This document shows, one piece after another, positions 63,274-64,000 of a DNA stretch of 64,000 bases; the stretch's first letter is position 1; the number at the start of each line of letters is the position of its first letter. The notes below the pieces were generated by a model. That model was not told where the DNA came from. It saw nothing but the letters and a program-made list of their open reading frames with translations, and searched no databases. The stretch is from Podospora anserina (lineage: Eukaryota): NCBI GenBank assembly GCA_017654855.1, contig CM030337.1:2976001-3040000 (forward strand), given 5' to 3'. The position numbers and the translations under genes were made by a program.

Positions 63274-64000
63274 ATGCCTTCACCTCCCGGAACTAAAGTC
63301 CCTGTGACGTGGCAACCGCCGGCGGACCCGGACAAGCCTGCCTGTCCGTACCGCAGAAACTTCACGGTGGACATCAAGAGCCATACTCCTCCCCCACCTT
63401 TTGGTGGCCGAGACTACGGTCGTGGTGAAACACGGACAGCAGTGGCCGACCAGACTCTGCGGTCTATTAAGCATACCGAACTTGTCATGAGGAACCCACC
63501 CCTGGGAACAGCCAATCCGCCAGCGCAGAAGACTGCGACACTGACCATCAATGGCGAGCTCGCCGTCGCCGATGGCCGGGGTGCACAGTTAGCCATTTGC
63601 ACCGTCACGCCAAAGATCGCTGGCCAGCGCGCCTTCCAGGCCGTGGCAAAAATTTACGACGCGCTGTATTACTCATTCCGCAACAAGGACATACCATCTG
63701 TACCTGTCGATGTTACCTTCGATGCGGACAAGGACTACAGCCGTGAGGCCGCAGCCTACGAGCACCTGAACAAGGAAAGAGAAGCGGGCGCACTGGCCCC
63801 AAGATACTTTGGCTCTTGGACCTTCAACGTGACCATCCGAATTGGCGGCACCACTCAGCAACGTCCAGTTCGTATGATTCTCATCGAGAACGTCCCTGGA
63901 CCTAGCATCAGCCAGCTTTGTCTTCCCAACAGCGGAGTCGCTCTTGACCGGGCATCTCGCCTGGAGATCCTGGGGAGGGTGCTAGATGGCAATGCGAGAT
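63274..64000 (+). CDS. Fungal atypical protein-kinase-like protein (runs off the window)
   Basis: Open from ATG at 63274: GRGAQLAIC..AVAKIYDALYY..ADKDYSREAAAYEHL..PRYFGSWTF..VRMILIENVPG. Not in the ORF track. Confidence 0.75.
   Translation, partial: MPSPPGTKVPVTWQPPADPDKPACPYRRNFTVDIKSHTPPPPFGGRDYGRGETRTAVADQTLRSIKHTELVMRNPPLGTANPPAQKTATLTINGELAVADGRGAQLAICTVTPKIAGQRAFQAVAKIYDALYYSFRNKDIPSVPVDVTFDADKDYSREAAAYEHLNKEREAGALAPRYFGSWTFNVTIRIGGTTQQRPVRMILIENVPGPSISQLCLPNSGVALDRASRLEILGRVLDGNAR

Overview
Fungal (ascomycete) genomic DNA with GT-AG introns and CTAAC/CTGAC branch sites. The C-rich 5' to G-rich 3' skew within genes suggests a Sordariales genome such as Podospora, which is an inference. 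The left part (1-25 kb) mixes apparently intact genes with degraded remnants. Intact or near-intact genes include a Zn2Cys6 factor, a yapsin-like aspartic protease, a peroxisomal acyl-CoA ligase, an M35-SGNH fusion, a PQ-loop protein, a GH27, an ankyrin protein and a CE1 esterase. Remnants include an aldo-keto reductase, a UDP-glycosyltransferase and a HET-family gene. The main structural result is an intronless SbcD/Mre11-SbcC/Rad50 fusion gene of prokaryote/virus type. It is split into two pieces (56115-56359 and 25617-29034, both minus strand) by a 27,084-bp block bounded by TGTA on both sides, and deleting the block restores the reading frame exactly (VPRV|HIVLGNHD). The block carries two small secreted proteins, a hAT-type MITE with an 8-bp TSD, four paralogues of an F-box-like family, a decayed GH71 multidomain gene flanked by two paralogues with a CNF1/CheD-like GCT...H motif, a PPPDE/LRAT-like gene and a truncated alcohol dehydrogenase. 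The right end holds a CtvD-like membrane protein, a truncated HET gene and a kinase-like gene. All family assignments come from motif recognition by eye; no searches were run.
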